Shown: positions 19,984 through 27,059, counted from the first letter of the stretch. The stretch: DNA of 64,000 bases from Minisyncoccota bacterium (GCA_035510635.1 DATKGU010000010.1:2149-66148), one strand, 5' to 3'. Program-made: numbers and translations. Notes: generated by a model not told the origin, from the letters alone.

Positions 19984-21050
19984 TGACAAAAACAGAAATC
20001 AACTGGTCTGACATAAGCAAAAAATTTTCAAAAAAAGAACTCCCCGACTCGGAGGTTGAGTTTGAGGGTGAGGTTCCTGCCGATGTGGTGGCACTCTACA
20101 AAGACGAAGCGCTCGCGCACATCGCGAGCGAGCTTGAGTTGCCGGGCTTTCGCAAAGGCCACGTGCCAACCGACATTGCACTCAAAAAAGTGGGCGACAT
20201 TGCCTTGCTCGAGGAGTCGGTCGAGGTGCTCATACGCGAGCTCTACCCCGCACTTGTTGCCGAGCACGCTGCAGACGCTGTGGGCCGCCCCGATATCCGC
20301 ATCACCAAACTCGCACCGAGCGAGCCCGTAGGCCTTACCGTGCGCACGGCTGTGTACCCTGTTGTAACAATCCCCAAAGATTGGAAGGATATTGCAGGCA
20401 AAACTCCACTTGAGGCTGCAGCGCTCGCGACCGACGAGGAGGTAGAAAAAACTATCGAGGACTTGCGCAAAAGCAGAAGGGCACCTTCTGCACCCGATGC
20501 AGAAGGTGCCCTTCAGGAAGCTCCCCTGCCCGAATTGAATGATGAGTTTGCACAATCGCTCGGCGCGTTTAAAACACTCGAGGAGCTACGCACACAAATC
20601 AAAAAAGGCATCGGAGAGGAAAAGGAGCGCACTGCCAAAGATGCACGCCGCGGCAAAATAATCGACAAACTGCTCGACAAAACACAAGTGGCAGTGCCAA
20701 AGATTTTTGTCGAGAGTGAGCTTGATAAAATTATGGGCCAAATGCAAGAGGATGTCGCGCGCTTTGGCATGAGCTACGAGGATTACCTCAAACGTGTTAA
20801 TAAAACCGAGGAGGCCGTGCGCCAAGACTTTTATGAGCAAGGCGCGAAGCGCGCAAAACTCCAGCTCGTGTTAAACAAACTTGCCGCTGACGAAAAAATC
20901 GATGCCGAAAAAGAAGCGGTTGATGCGGAGATGAAGCATGCGGTAGAGCACTTCCCCGAAGCAAACCTCGAGCTCCTAAAAATCCATATAGAAACAGTCT
21001 TGCGTAACGAGCGTGTCCTAAAAATCCTCGAAGGTGAAGCAAAAGAGTAG
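19983..21050 (+). CDS. tig: trigger factor (short form)
   Basis: 355 aa; N-terminal ribosome-binding motif ...LPGFRKGHVP...; start overlaps the ppa stop (TAATG). Confidence 0.75.
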   Translation: MTKTEINWSDISKKFSKKELPDSEVEFEGEVPADVVALYKDEALAHIASELELPGFRKGHVPTDIALKKVGDIALLEESVEVLIRELYPALVAEHAADAVGRPDIRITKLAPSEPVGLTVRTAVYPVVTIPKDWKDIAGKTPLEAAALATDEEVEKTIEDLRKSRRAPSAPDAEGALQEAPLPELNDEFAQSLGAFKTLEELRTQIKKGIGEEKERTAKDARRGKIIDKLLDKTQVAVPKIFVESELDKIMGQMQEDVARFGMSYEDYLKRVNKTEEAVRQDFYEQGAKRAKLQLVLNKLAADEKIDAEKEAVDAEMKHAVEHFPEANLELLKIHIETVLRNERVLKILEGEAKE

Positions 21051-21100
21051 CGCCTGCGTGAAGCCCACAAAAAGTTCCACGGCCAACGCAGGAAATAAAA

Positions 21101-21140
21101 AAGCCCCGGCGATTATGTCGCCGAGGTCTTTGTTTTGTGA
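21101..21140. terminator. bidirectional rho-independent terminator between tig (+) and island gene A (-)
   Basis: CGGCGA-TTATG-TCGCCG hairpin at 21106-21122 flanked by AAAAAAG upstream and TTTGTTTTGTG downstream. Confidence 0.65.
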
Positions 21141-21142
21141 GC

Positions 21143-21616
21143 CTATCTCGGAGGACGTGGTCGACATGAGCTAAAATACAGCGTTGCTGCAATTAACCCG
21201 TCGACCCAATATCCTGATAGGTCTAATTCAGATGTGAATATAAATTGTACAATCTTAACAGGCAACAATAGAACCGGAATTACTATGGAGCCGATTCTAC
21301 CTATCACCCATAAGGTGTTGTGGACAGGCCGCCTATTATAGAGGCGGCTCACATACACCTCGGCTCTTAAAAAACGTATGTAGTAATACAATCCGCATCC
21401 GATCAGTGCAACAGCGAGTACGACTCCCAAAGGAGTAGTCTCAATCTGGTGCTCTAGATCGAAAGTAATGCCGAGTAGTAATAACGCTGCAAGCAGACAC
21501 GCAAGTGCTTCTGCCTGCCAGAACGTGTCCTTGCCGGTGTGTTTATACACATACCAGCTAACAGATTCGCAAAGAACGATAACTCGAGCGTCGAAGTTTC
21601 GGATCCATCGAATCAT
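21143..21616 (-). CDS. island gene A: hypothetical polytopic membrane protein, 157 aa
   Basis: ATG preceded by AGGAGG; 3-4 predicted TM helices; preceded by junction repeat copy 1. Confidence 0.5.
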   Translation of the reverse strand: MIRWIRNFDARVIVLCESVSWYVYKHTGKDTFWQAEALACLLAALLLLGITFDLEHQIETTPLGVVLAVALIGCGLYYYIRFLRAEVYVSRLYNRRPVHNTLWVIGRIGSIVIPVLLLPVKIVQFIFTSELDLSGYWVDGLIAATLYFSSCRPRPPR

Positions 21617-21631
21617 GGAACCCTCCTAAAT

Positions 21632-21703
21632 CTCAATCAACCAACGATGATTCGCGAGTTGAATAAAGTGGATGATTTTTTACAGAAATCATCCAAAAAA
21701 CTG
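21632..21703 (-). repeat. island junction repeat copy 1: ~40-bp imperfect palindrome element plus a hairpin GGATGATTT..AAATCATCC; 74/75-nt duplicate of copy 2
   Basis: ctcaatcaaccaacgatgattcgcgagttgaataaagtggatgattttttacagaaatcatccaaaaaactg; lies between the stop of gene B and the RBS of gene A. Confidence 0.8.
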
Positions 21704-21706
21704 GGA

Positions 21707-22198
21707 TTAGCGCGCCGGTTCTTCAACCGGCAATGAAGCGAGGAGCAACCGGATGTCGTCCTTCTCCTTCTCGTTCATGAAAAGACGGGTCGCCGCCTCC
21801 TCATTTTTCGGGTCGGCCGTCGAGCTGGCCTGACCCTCGACGAAGTTCACGCCATGAGAAGAAGGTACCATTCCTTCTTCTCGTTTGGAATATTCGTAGT
21901 AGCCGCCTTCGCGCTTACGCGCGAAAGAAAAACCAAGGATAGTCTGCCCGACTTCCTTCGGCCCCAACCTGAACTCTTTGGCATTGACCACGGGGCCCTT
22001 TCGGGACTCGGAGTCGACAGCTACGAGAGCGATCATTCGCCCCCGCTTCTTTTCCTCCGCTCTCGCGAGCAAAAGGAGTTCAGAAAAGTTCCTGCGGGTT
22101 TCTTCGCGCAGATCAAGAACGGGCAACGCCCATTCCCGGCCCAGTTTTTCGAGGGATGCGCCAAAATCGAGCGTACCCAGTGAAATTTTCCGAAACAT
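21707..22198 (-). CDS. island gene B: hypothetical protein, about 163 aa
   Basis: ATG at 22198 with GGAGG 8 nt upstream (the ORF-track start at 22204 is a TTG); no recognisable domain. Confidence 0.5.
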   Translation of the reverse strand: MFRKISLGTLDFGASLEKLGREWALPVLDLREETRRNFSELLLLARAEEKKRGRMIALVAVDSESRKGPVVNAKEFRLGPKEVGQTILGFSFARKREGGYYEYSKREEGMVPSSHGVNFVEGQASSTADPKNEEAATRLFMNEKEKDDIRLLLASLPVEEPAR

Positions 22199-22218
22199 TT
22201 TCAAACCTCCGCTAAAAT

Positions 22219-22292
22219 CTCAATCAACTCACGATTGTTCGCAAGCTGAAAAAAGTGGACGATTTTTTGCAGAAAAATCATCCAAAAAACTG
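22219..22292 (-). repeat. island junction repeat copy 2 (near-duplicate of copy 1, with a compensatory G·U change in the hairpin)
   Basis: ctcaatcaactcacgattgttcgcaagctgaaaaaagtggacgattttttgcagaaaaatcatccaaaaaactg. Confidence 0.8.
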
Positions 22293-22298
22293 TGGGGG

Positions 22299-22511
22299 TC
22301 AGCTATTCTCGCGATCCCGAACGAGCTCCGCCAAGATGCGGCGGAAATCCGCGGCGGCGGCGTTGTCGCCGCGCGCCTCGGCTTCCTGGAGGAAGCCGCG
22401 GACGGTGGCCTCGCGCTCCAGCTGATTCTGCATCAGCCGGGCGCGGGCGCGGACGATGGCGCTTTCCGCGCCGCCGCCGACCGTGGTCTTCCTGTCGAAG
22501 ACGTTGGGCAT
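22299..22511 (-). CDS. island gene C: hypothetical 70-aa protein, paralogous at its C-terminus to gene F
   Basis: ATG with AAGGAG 8 nt upstream; C-terminus ...FRRILAELVRDRENS resembles gene F ...DEVLEKFLQDHRFLN. Confidence 0.5.
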   Translation of the reverse strand: MPNVFDRKTTVGGGAESAIVRARARLMQNQLEREATVRGFLQEAEARGDNAAAADFRRILAELVRDRENS

Positions 22512-22526
22512 ATAGAGTCTCCTTGA

Positions 22527-22570
22527 CTCAATTAGCTCACGACAATTCGCGAGCTAAACAGAGTCCTCGA
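22527..22570 (-). repeat. island junction repeat copy 3 (palindrome AGCTCACGA-CAAT-TCGCGAGCT; contains the stop codon of gene D)
   Basis: ctcaattagctcacgacaattcgcgagctaaacagagtcctcgaa; duplicated at copy 4. Confidence 0.75.
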
Positions 22571-22706
22571 ATTTTCGCATCGAGGAAGTGCGTCCCTTGC
22601 GGGAATATTTCTTTTTATCCGTCACAACTTGGTGACGGAACTGCTTTTGCGCAAGCGCACGCGCTGCAGCATTGCGCGGCTTGGGAACTTGTATCACCAA
22701 TCTCAT
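22554..22706 (-). CDS. island gene D: unannotated 50-aa basic ORF with a possible ArfA-like (alternative ribosome-rescue factor A) motif
   Basis: Absent from the ORF track (<60 aa); ATG at 22706 preceded by AGAGGAGG; MRLVIQVPKPRNAAARALAQKQFRHQVVTDKKKYSRKGRTSSMRKFEDSV; its TAG stop lies inside the junction hairpin. Confidence 0.4.
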   Translation of the reverse strand: MRLVIQVPKPRNAAARALAQKQFRHQVVTDKKKYSRKGRTSSMRKFEDSV

Positions 22707-22816
22707 GGTGACCTCCTCTAAAGAACATCTCATTTTCTTGCAGTAGCCAGGCAGAGACTTCTCCTGACAGCGATTGAGTTACAGAGCTCGCCACACTCCG
22801 GTGCCGATGGTTGCGG

Positions 22817-23071
22817 TCAGTGCCACTCCGTGCGGAGTTGCGCCTTCCAGTTGTTATCGGGGCGACCGCCGGAGCGGTGCTTACCGACAACCTGGATGCG
22901 CAGACCGCCGTTGCACTTCGCCACATAGTCGGCGAAGCCAGCAGCCTTGACCTTGTACTTTTTTCCATACTCGGCTTCGGTAAAGATGCCAAGCACGGGG
23001 CCGCCAGTCGTGCGGCCGTACAAGATCGCAACCTCGGCAAAGGCACTGAAATGTTCGATTTCAACGAACAT
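22817..23071 (-). CDS. island gene E: hypothetical 85-aa protein
   Basis: ATG (MFVEIEHF...) with GAGGGAG 6 nt upstream; the ORF-track start at 23086 is a GTG. Confidence 0.45.
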   Translation of the reverse strand: MFVEIEHFSAFAEVAILYGRTTGGPVLGIFTEAEYGKKYKVKAAGFADYVAKCNGGLRIQVVGKHRSGGRPDNNWKAQLRTEWH

Positions 23072-23170
23072 TTTCATCTCCCTCACCTACAGAGCACCAC
23101 CATTGATGCCCTGGAGAAAGGGGGCGAGCTTTGGTTTCCCATTGCTCACCTCGAAAATAATAGAATTGGA

Positions 23171-23216
23171 CTCAATCAGCCAACGATTCATTCGCGAGCT
23201 AAACAGAGTCCTCGAA
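23171..23216 (-). repeat. island junction repeat copy 4; includes a non-coding relic of the gene D 3' end (...FEDSV*)
   Basis: ctcaatcagccaacgattcattcgcgagctaaacagagtcctcgaag; there is no start codon in frame upstream of the duplicated stop. Confidence 0.75.
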
Positions 23217-23365
23217 GCAAGCTTCGAGGAACTCGCGGTTGTAAAGCGCGAGAGTTTTTGTGCGTAAGTTGGACTATGTAGGGTGTGGTCCAACCGCAGC
23301 TTCTGGTGCCAAGACAGGTTGCTTTCCTGCCTCCGTTGGTTCAAACGACGGACCCTCCGTCTCCC

Positions 23366-23395
23366 AACAATTCGCGCTAGTTCAAAAAGCGGTGG
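23366..23395 (-). repeat. island junction repeat copy 5 (partial core, overlapping the stop of gene F)
   Basis: caacaattcgcgctagttcaaaaagcggtgg shares the TTCGCG palindrome core plus AAAAAGYGGTGG with copies 1 and 2. Confidence 0.55.
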
Positions 23396-23589
23396 TCCTG
23401 GAGGAACTTCTCCAGGACCTCATCGGCCTCCTCGCGGCGGCCGCGCTTCTCGAACCACGAGGCGACGGCGAGCACGTGGCGCTCGTCCATCACCTTGCGC
23501 GGGCACTGGAGGGGCTTGAACCCCTCGGTCCAGCTTTGGACCCCGAGGACGTGCCCGTCCTCGGTGACGACCAGGGTCGTCTGGCACAT
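23377..23589 (-). CDS. island gene F: hypothetical 70-aa protein, paralog of gene C
   Basis: Internal ATG at 23589 with GGGAGGAAA 5 nt upstream (the ORF track extends to 23823 without an RBS); C-terminal similarity to gene C. Confidence 0.45.
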   Translation of the reverse strand: MCQTTLVVTEDGHVLGVQSWTEGFKPLQCPRKVMDERHVLAVASWFEKRGRREEADEVLEKFLQDHRFLN

Positions 23590-23892
23590 GGGGTTTCCTC
23601 CCGTGGCCCGCCAACTTGCGTTGACTTCCTTGCTCAAAGCCGCAAGGCATAGCTTTTTTGCCGCAATAGCGGCGAAAGTACTGAGCTGTCTTTTGCTGTT
23701 GGGAATGAGACCCGACACAACAAAAGACTTTAGGGCGTACATACCCAACGGAAGCTCAATTCCGTACCTCATCTGCCCCACCATCGTGGGGTGCTGCGGA
23801 TGAGGATTACATGCCGGAAACATCGCTCGGCTTTAGAGACTCGGGCAACCATTCGCACCCTATCCCTCGGCCATGTTATGGCCTACTTTTAC

Positions 23893-23932
23893 CTCGATCA
23901 GCTCGCGATTGCTCGTAAGCTGAATAGAGAGG
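23893..23932 (-). repeat. island junction repeat copy 6 (divergent core copy)
   Basis: ctcgatcagctcgcgattgctcgtaagctgaatagagagg. Confidence 0.5.
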
Positions 23933-24007
23933 AGAAGCGCGTGCACTTCTCCTGGGAACAATTTTGTTTCTGTTGCCAAGCGGTATTGTCAAACCGCTCC
24001 GATTGGC

Positions 24008-24331
24008 CTAGGCGACTTCGATCAGATACCAGACGATGCTGGCACCTTCCGGAAGAGTGCTTGCCCCTTCCGGGAGCCGCGGGCCCTTGTACTGGCCCAC
24101 GATTGCGCTGTCGCCCTTTTTGAGAGCGATGGTTGCGCGAATCGCGGGCACAGTCACGCCGAGTTGGCTGGCCATGACGGCCGCCGTGTCGGAATGCCCG
24201 ACGGCGGATTCGAACCCGCCATCGAGAAGGCCTCGCGCCTCGTCGAGCGAGATTTCCCTGAACAGGAGCGAACCTTTCGACTCGCTGACCATATTCAAGG
24301 AAAAAGCGTTCAACAACTTCAATTCGTTCAT
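24008..24331 (-). CDS. island gene G: hypothetical 107-aa protein, tentatively DUF1874-like (STIV B116-like family, recalled from memory)
   Basis: ATG (MNELKLLNAFSLNM...) with GGAGG 5 nt upstream; ...SAVGHSDTAAVMASQLG...IALKKGDSAIVGQYKGPRLPEGA... pattern. Confidence 0.5.
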   Translation of the reverse strand: MNELKLLNAFSLNMVSESKGSLLFREISLDEARGLLDGGFESAVGHSDTAAVMASQLGVTVPAIRATIALKKGDSAIVGQYKGPRLPEGASTLPEGASIVWYLIEVA

Positions 24332-24469
24332 GAGAACCTCCAAAACAATCGGAATCGCGGAATGCGACCCCTACTACCCCACCAACAAACTTGCGCGGGC
24401 ACCCCATTTATATTGAAGGGTGGGCTCAAAGGCCTGTTGCGCTGGTTATTAGTAGGGCAAAGGAATCAC

Positions 24470-24730
24470 ATATTCTTTGCATTTTTAACGTATTAAACTG
24501 TCAAAGTCCGGCTCCTTTCTAGATGTCAAACTTGATTGACAGAGGTATTATAGTCGATTCCCATTTTTTGTCAAGCATTGTTGGCACATTGTATATAAAT
24601 ATGTCAAATATAGCCTTATGTATAGCCATATTTACAGATATATAAAATCAGTAATTTATGACAAATAAAATTATTTACAAACTTACTACTTGACTTTTAT
24701 TTTTGACAATGCTAAGCTATTACTGTTGGT
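24470..24730. promoter_or_regulatory. AT-rich (~25-30% GC) intergenic segment with about eight TGTCAA/TTGACA hexamers, including the palindrome TGTCAAAC-TTGA-TTGACA at 24525-24541
   Basis: Sharp compositional drop relative to the ~57% GC flanks; lies upstream of island gene G and downstream of the TrmB-like gene. Confidence 0.5.
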
Positions 24731-24904
24731 GGTTGGGATAACTTGAAAGCCGACTGCTAACCCGGGTATGCACCCGGCCCGCTTATCGGGTGCTCTTTAG
24801 GAGAGGGTTCATGCGTAGATCCCCCGGAGATGGCGGCGGCTGGTAAATTGACCGGCTTACGTCAAAAAATTGGCTAAAATCAGGACGATTTAAGCCAGAA
24901 TCCA

Positions 24905-24954
24905 AAAAACATGTGTGCTACCGGGGCGGCTCTTGCGTAAAGCAAGGCCGCCCC
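24905..24954 (-). terminator. putative terminator of the TrmB-like gene (GGGGCGGC-N15-GCCGCCCC hairpin; U-tract 13 nt downstream on the minus strand)
   Basis: Very stable GC hairpin at 24924-24954; AAAAAA on the plus strand at 24905-24910. Confidence 0.45.
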
Positions 24955-24963
24955 AAACTATTT

Positions 24964-25719
24964 CTAATGATCCTCTACTCCTATACTCCACATCAACGAA
25001 AAGAAAACTCTAAAACTTTCTGCAATTTCTTTGCTTTCAATTATTATTCCAAATATAGGACTATTAAGAGACATAACGGCAACATTATTTTTATATACAA
25101 AAAAATCAGAACCTATGGGCATTTTGTCATAGGGTATAAACCGTCTTGCGGCATTCGGGGTTATATCATCTCTTGCTAAAGAGACTCCCTTTTTTGTGTA
25201 TACCGAACGTACTTTTATTCCTCTCTCAATGCGCCGGTTAGTATAACTAAACAATTCCTTTTCTGTATATATATTTTTAAGAGCATCGTAGCAGTAGATT
25301 ATGAGTATTTCATCGTCTTTTTTAAGCTTCAAAGTTTCTTCACGCATAGCGGTAATACCCTCCTTGCCGCTAAAAAAGCGCACCATTGGCCGCTCGCCGG
25401 CTCCTTCAAATTTGTTCAGGAGTTCGGGGAGAAAGTTTGCCAGCTCATGTTCTTTAACTTCAAACTCTTGTTTTTTCAATTCAAAAATGCGTTTTAAATA
25501 TTCGGGCGACTCTGGGGCAAAATAAGTTTTCTTGCCCTCCTGGTAAGTACTCATAAGTCCTTTTTTCATCAAAGATTCTATTTGTACATAAGTGGTCGAG
25601 CGCACAATCTTTGATTGCTTGGCTAATTGATCGGCCGTAGCACGGCCAATGTCGAGCGAAGCAAGATATACCTTTGCCTCCTTTTCCGAGAGCCCAATAT
25701 CTTGGAGTTCTTTAAGCAT
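24964..25719 (-). CDS. TrmB-family transcriptional regulator
   Basis: 251 aa; N-terminal wHTH LGLSEKEAKVYLASLDIGRATADQLAKQSKIVRSTTYVQIESLMKKGLM typical of TrmB; C-terminal effector-like domain. Confidence 0.75.
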   Translation of the reverse strand: MLKELQDIGLSEKEAKVYLASLDIGRATADQLAKQSKIVRSTTYVQIESLMKKGLMSTYQEGKKTYFAPESPEYLKRIFELKKQEFEVKEHELANFLPELLNKFEGAGERPMVRFFSGKEGITAMREETLKLKKDDEILIIYCYDALKNIYTEKELFSYTNRRIERGIKVRSVYTKKGVSLARDDITPNAARRFIPYDKMPIGSDFFVYKNNVAVMSLNSPIFGIIIESKEIAESFRVFFSLMWSIGVEDH

Positions 25720-25761
25720 TGCCTACAGTATACCAATAAAAAATTTAAAAATAGAAAAGAG

Positions 25762-25796
25762 AAATGGCGCCGTCCGGTGAAGGATAGGCGCCATTT
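25762..25796. repeat. 10-bp-arm perfect inverted repeat AAATGGCGCC-N15-GGCGCCATTT in the TrmB/clpP divergent intergenic region
   Basis: Seen directly in the sequence; candidate operator or attenuator. Confidence 0.6.
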
Positions 25797-26157
25797 AAAC
25801 TTCCGAGGAAGCTCGATCGAACAGAAGAACTTCAACAGAAGATTTTCTGTGCTGAATATCAGCCCAGCACAGAGACAACCGGACTCGTGGCAAGAACGAT
25901 CCTGCCCTCTCTCCAAAGCATCAAGCCCTCGCCGATCTGGAGACTAAAATGATCCCCAAGGATCGACTGACCGGTAGCTACGCTACCGGAATTTTGCGAG
26001 AGCTTTCGGACCTCAAAAGAGGAGCCGACGCCCGAGAGCTGGTAGGTGGAGTTACCCGTTTGAACGATCATCATAACCCCCATGTTGCGCCGTTATGCGA
26101 AATGCAAACGGCTGAGAAAATTGCCCTGCTCCAACATTCTCTCAATATCACTAAAAC

Positions 26158-26185
26158 TTGTCAAATGACAAAAACGAAGTATAAT
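26158..26185 (+). promoter_or_regulatory. putative clpP promoter: TTGTCA-16 nt-TATAAT, with the -35 embedded in the palindrome TTGTCAAATGACAA; the ATG is 7 nt downstream of the -10 (leaderless-like)
   Basis: Hexamers read directly from the sequence; same TGTCAA motif family as the AT-rich region at 24.5 kb. Confidence 0.45.
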
Positions 26186-26191
26186 TTCGGC

Positions 26192-26833
26192 ATGCAAAAC
26201 AATCAAAAATCACACAAAAATGATATCGGGGACCAGCTCGTGCCTATGGTTATCGAAAAGTCGCCTTTTGGCGAGCGCGCTTTTGACATTTACTCGCGTT
26301 TGCTCAAAGAGCGCATCATTTTTTTGAGCGGCCCAATTGAGGACTACACCGCCAACCTTGTGATTGCCCAGCTCCTCTTTTTGGAGTCCGAGGACCCTAA
26401 AAAAGACATCCAGCTCTACATCAACTCCCCCGGCGGCTCGGTCACTGCAGGCCTCGCCATGCTCGACACGATGAATCACATCAAACCCGATGTGGCCACG
26501 GTGTGCGTTGGCATTGCAGCATCGGCGGCAGCTATTATTTTGGCAGCCGGGCAAAAGGGCAAGCGTTTTGCCCTGCCCAACGCCGAGGTGATGATCCACC
26601 AGCCATGGGGCGGCGCACAAGGCCAGGCCACCGACATCGAGATTACTGCCAAGCATATCCTTGCCACCCGCGACCGACTTAACAGGATTTTGGCCAAAGC
26701 AACCGGCCAAGACCTCAAAAAGATAGAGAAGGACGTTGAGCGCGACTACTTTATGTCTGCGGAGGAGGCCAAAAAGTACGGCCTTGTTGATGAGATTTTT
26801 GCCCAAAAGGGCATTACCAGCCTTAAAAAGTAA
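26192..26833 (+). CDS. clpP: ATP-dependent Clp protease proteolytic subunit
   Basis: Start at the internal ATG at 26192 (the ORF-track start at 25949 adds 81 non-ClpP residues); [28 protein letters not shown], catalytic [10 protein letters not shown] and HQP. Confidence 0.9.
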   Translation: MQNNQKSHKNDIGDQLVPMVIEKSPFGERAFDIYSRLLKERIIFLSGPIEDYTANLVIAQLLFLESEDPKKDIQLYINSPGGSVTAGLAMLDTMNHIKPDVATVCVGIAASAAAIILAAGQKGKRFALPNAEVMIHQPWGGAQGQATDIEITAKHILATRDRLNRILAKATGQDLKKIEKDVERDYFMSAEEAKKYGLVDEIFAQKGITSLKK

Positions 26834-27059
26834 GCTTGCGAGACAGCTTTTTTACTGGTATTGTGTTGGTGTTCTTCATTCATCAATCATTTATTTTTAG
26901 TAATCGTTTTCATTCGCTTCGCTGATACTAGTACAAAACCTCTGTGAAACTCGCGCGACTCTCTAACGCTATCGTCTCTGCCTCACAGTAATCCACTCCG
27001 CATATTGCGGGGTGGCCGTACGAATATATTGCTCAAGCGATTTGGAAACCAAATCGCCT

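Noticed and set aside
21632-21703. The GGATGATTT..AAATCATCC hairpins in junction copies 1 and 2 as simple intrinsic terminators
   Set aside because: On the coding (minus) strand the hairpin is preceded, not followed, by the U-tract. The 3' side is ACUUUAUUC. It may still attenuate transcription, but it is not a canonical terminator.
22615-23344. ORFs 22615-23064 (-), 22811-23281 (+) and 23087-23344 (-) in the cassette island
   Set aside because: They are Ser/Arg/Ala-rich or span the junction repeats. They have no RBS and they overlap better-supported genes (gene E with a GAGGGAG RBS). I treat them as non-coding.
21632-23932. Interpretation of the junction elements as canonical integron attC sites
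   Set aside because: The conserved unit is only about 30-45 bp. Canonical attC sites are 57-141 bp, with R''-L''...L'-R' boxes and extrahelical bases. ATTCAAC/GTTGATT-like boxes occur in copy 1 only, and they are 17 nt apart. No intI gene is present in the window. I keep this as a cassette-like analogy only.
23898-24407. 169-aa ORF overlapping island gene G in another frame
   Set aside because: It is Arg/Gly-rich with no RBS. Gene G has a GGAGG RBS and a recognisable conserved pattern.
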